DNA of 64,000 nt, taken from NCBI RefSeq assembly GCF_009914755.1, contig NC_060934.1; one strand, given 5' to 3'. Each line of letters opens with the position of its first letter. The first letter of the stretch is position 1. The translations under genes were made by a program, and so were the position numbers. The notes beneath the pieces were generated by a model, which saw only the letters and a list, made by a program, of their open reading frames with translations, was not told the origin of the DNA and ran no database searches. Shown here piece after piece: positions 62,330 to 64,000 of the stretch. Origin of the DNA: the human T2T-CHM13v2.0 reference genome, Homo sapiens.

Positions 62330-63620
62330 CTTTAAAAAAATATATAAAAATAAGATGCACATGGTTAAAAAACAGAAAGCATGCAAAAGAGTATGCAATA
62401 AAGAGAAGTCTCTCAATGCAGACCTTCTGACCCATTCCCAAAAGGTCCCATTCTACACTGGAAAACTTCTGTATATTCTTTCTAGGATGTTCCTTGCATA
62501 TACATGGATATGCTTTTTTCCCCCTAAAAAAAAAAAATACTAGTGTGAAAATATTAAACACTGCATTGTACCCTGCTTTTTCATTTAATGTTGCATCTTG
62601 GAAGATTTTTCTCTAAAAAAACAGAGTTGTGTTACTTTTAATTGCATATTTTTCTGTGTCTTTCATAAATTATTTAAATAATAGTCCCTACTGATAATAC
62701 AAATGTTCCTCAATGTTCTGCTATTTTAAAAACCTGCATAATTCTTATATACATATTTGTATGTATTTATGAGTTTATTTGTATAATAAATTCCTAGAGA
62801 TACAATTCTTGAGTCAGATTTTTGCATATTAAACTCTTAACAATAATGCGAAATAGTCTTCCAAAGAGGCTTTACCAATTTACATTTCCACCAAAAGTGT
62901 GAGAAGCTTGTTTCTTTATAGATTCACCAGAACTGAATATTGATCAAACCTTTCCAATTTCACTAACTAAAGTAAGTTAGCGGAAAAAAAGTTATTTTAT
63001 TTCTTAAATTGTGATATTGGGTATATTTTCATGTTTATAATCTTTTTTTTCTATGAACTGTCTGTTCATATGCTTTGTCCATTTTTCAACAGAAATTTAG
63101 GGTTATCTTTTTCCAATTCATGAAAGCTGATTATCAAGGAAAGCAAACTTTTGTCTTATATTTTCCAATTTTGCATTTTTTCCCCACTTACTTTTAGCTT
63201 ATGATATTTTACTGTACAAAGGTTTCCAAATTTTGTATTGTCATAGTCTGATATTTTCTTCCAGCCTGGGTGACAGAGCGAGACTCCGTCTTAAAAAAAA
63301 ACAATAAGGTAGTGGCTAGGTGGTCGTGCTTAGGCTCATGCCTTTAATTCCAGCATTTTGGGAGGCCAAGGTGGATGGATGTTACAGACCAGCCTGGATA
63401 ACATACCAAGATCCCATCTCTACTGAAAAAAAAAAAAAAAATTCCTAACATTAGGTATGGAGAAATCTACTCCTTCCTTACTGATCTGAAATGTCACCTT
63501 TCTACTAAACTTCTACATTTACTTCAGCTTATTTCTGGGCTCTGTTCCCTTGATCTGTCTATCCCTGCCACCAATGACAATCATTATTAATTACCATAGC
63601 CTTCTCATTCATTTTAATAT
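62330..63620 (-). mobile_element. Ancient L1M fragments with Alu pieces (+ strand) at ~63260-63440
   Basis: Decayed L1 3' motifs (TTACCAATTTACATTTCCACCA, CTGTTCATATGCTTTGTCCATTTTTC). Confidence 0.55.
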
Positions 63621-63624
63621 CAGG

Positions 63625-64000
63625 TGATAGAGACAGAAGGCAGTCAAATGCCTAGGCAGACAGGGGTGGTTCTCCAGTGAAAGCCCACCTCCAGGCCCAA
63701 GACAGTTTAAAGCCTGAAAGCCAAGCTACAGGCAAATCCTTGGGCAGGACTGAGAACTTGTCTTCCCGTTTGGCACACTTCCCTCTGATTGACCCCCACC
63801 CTTCACCTATTTTACATATATCTACCCTTTCTTAATTGGTTTCCTACACTGTTATGCCCACCTTTGAGTAGTGTCCTTGCTTTAACCTTTTTTGTATATT
63901 CACAAACCAATCAGCATGCACTCCCCATTCTGAGTCCATAAAAGGCCTCAGACTCAGACACAAGGTGGGGGTGGGGGGAGCACCCCCACAACCCCTCTCC
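63625..64000 (+). mobile_element. ERV1-class LTR, 5' part; subfamily uncertain; runs off the window
   Basis: Starts TGATAGAGACAGAAGGCAG...; CCAATCAGCATGCACTCCCCATTCTGAGTCCATAAAAGG promoter block typical of ERV1 LTRs. Confidence 0.65.

Overview
Human genomic DNA (an AluYb8-type Alu is present). The right part holds the last five coding exons and long 3' UTR of CACUL1 (C10orf46, cullin-domain protein) on the minus strand, at 60519-60621, 54349-54438, 50477-50615, 45815-45858 and 45345-45385. They splice in frame to ...[13 protein letters not shown]...[33 protein letters not shown], and one intron uses a GC donor. The left part is intergenic: a MER11 LTR end, a TOMM22 processed pseudogene (probably TOMM22P5), an 18.4-kb block of nested L1s (an old L1PB-type host, two full-length inserts and an Alu), then many Alu, MIR, LTR and hAT relics. 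Nearly all other listed ORFs are repeat-derived or random. I see no new protein-coding system. The most unusual signals are DNA-repair and retrotransposition footprints: a perfect 81-bp inverted copy of a nearby MLT2A segment flanked by hairpins, an AluS/AluYb8 chimera without a TSD, a perfect 79-bp tandem duplication in the CACUL1 3' UTR, probable 5' and 3' L1 transductions, and a tail-less retrocopy fused to mid-ORF2 of an L1. Gene names and repeat subfamilies are recognised from memory, not from a database search.
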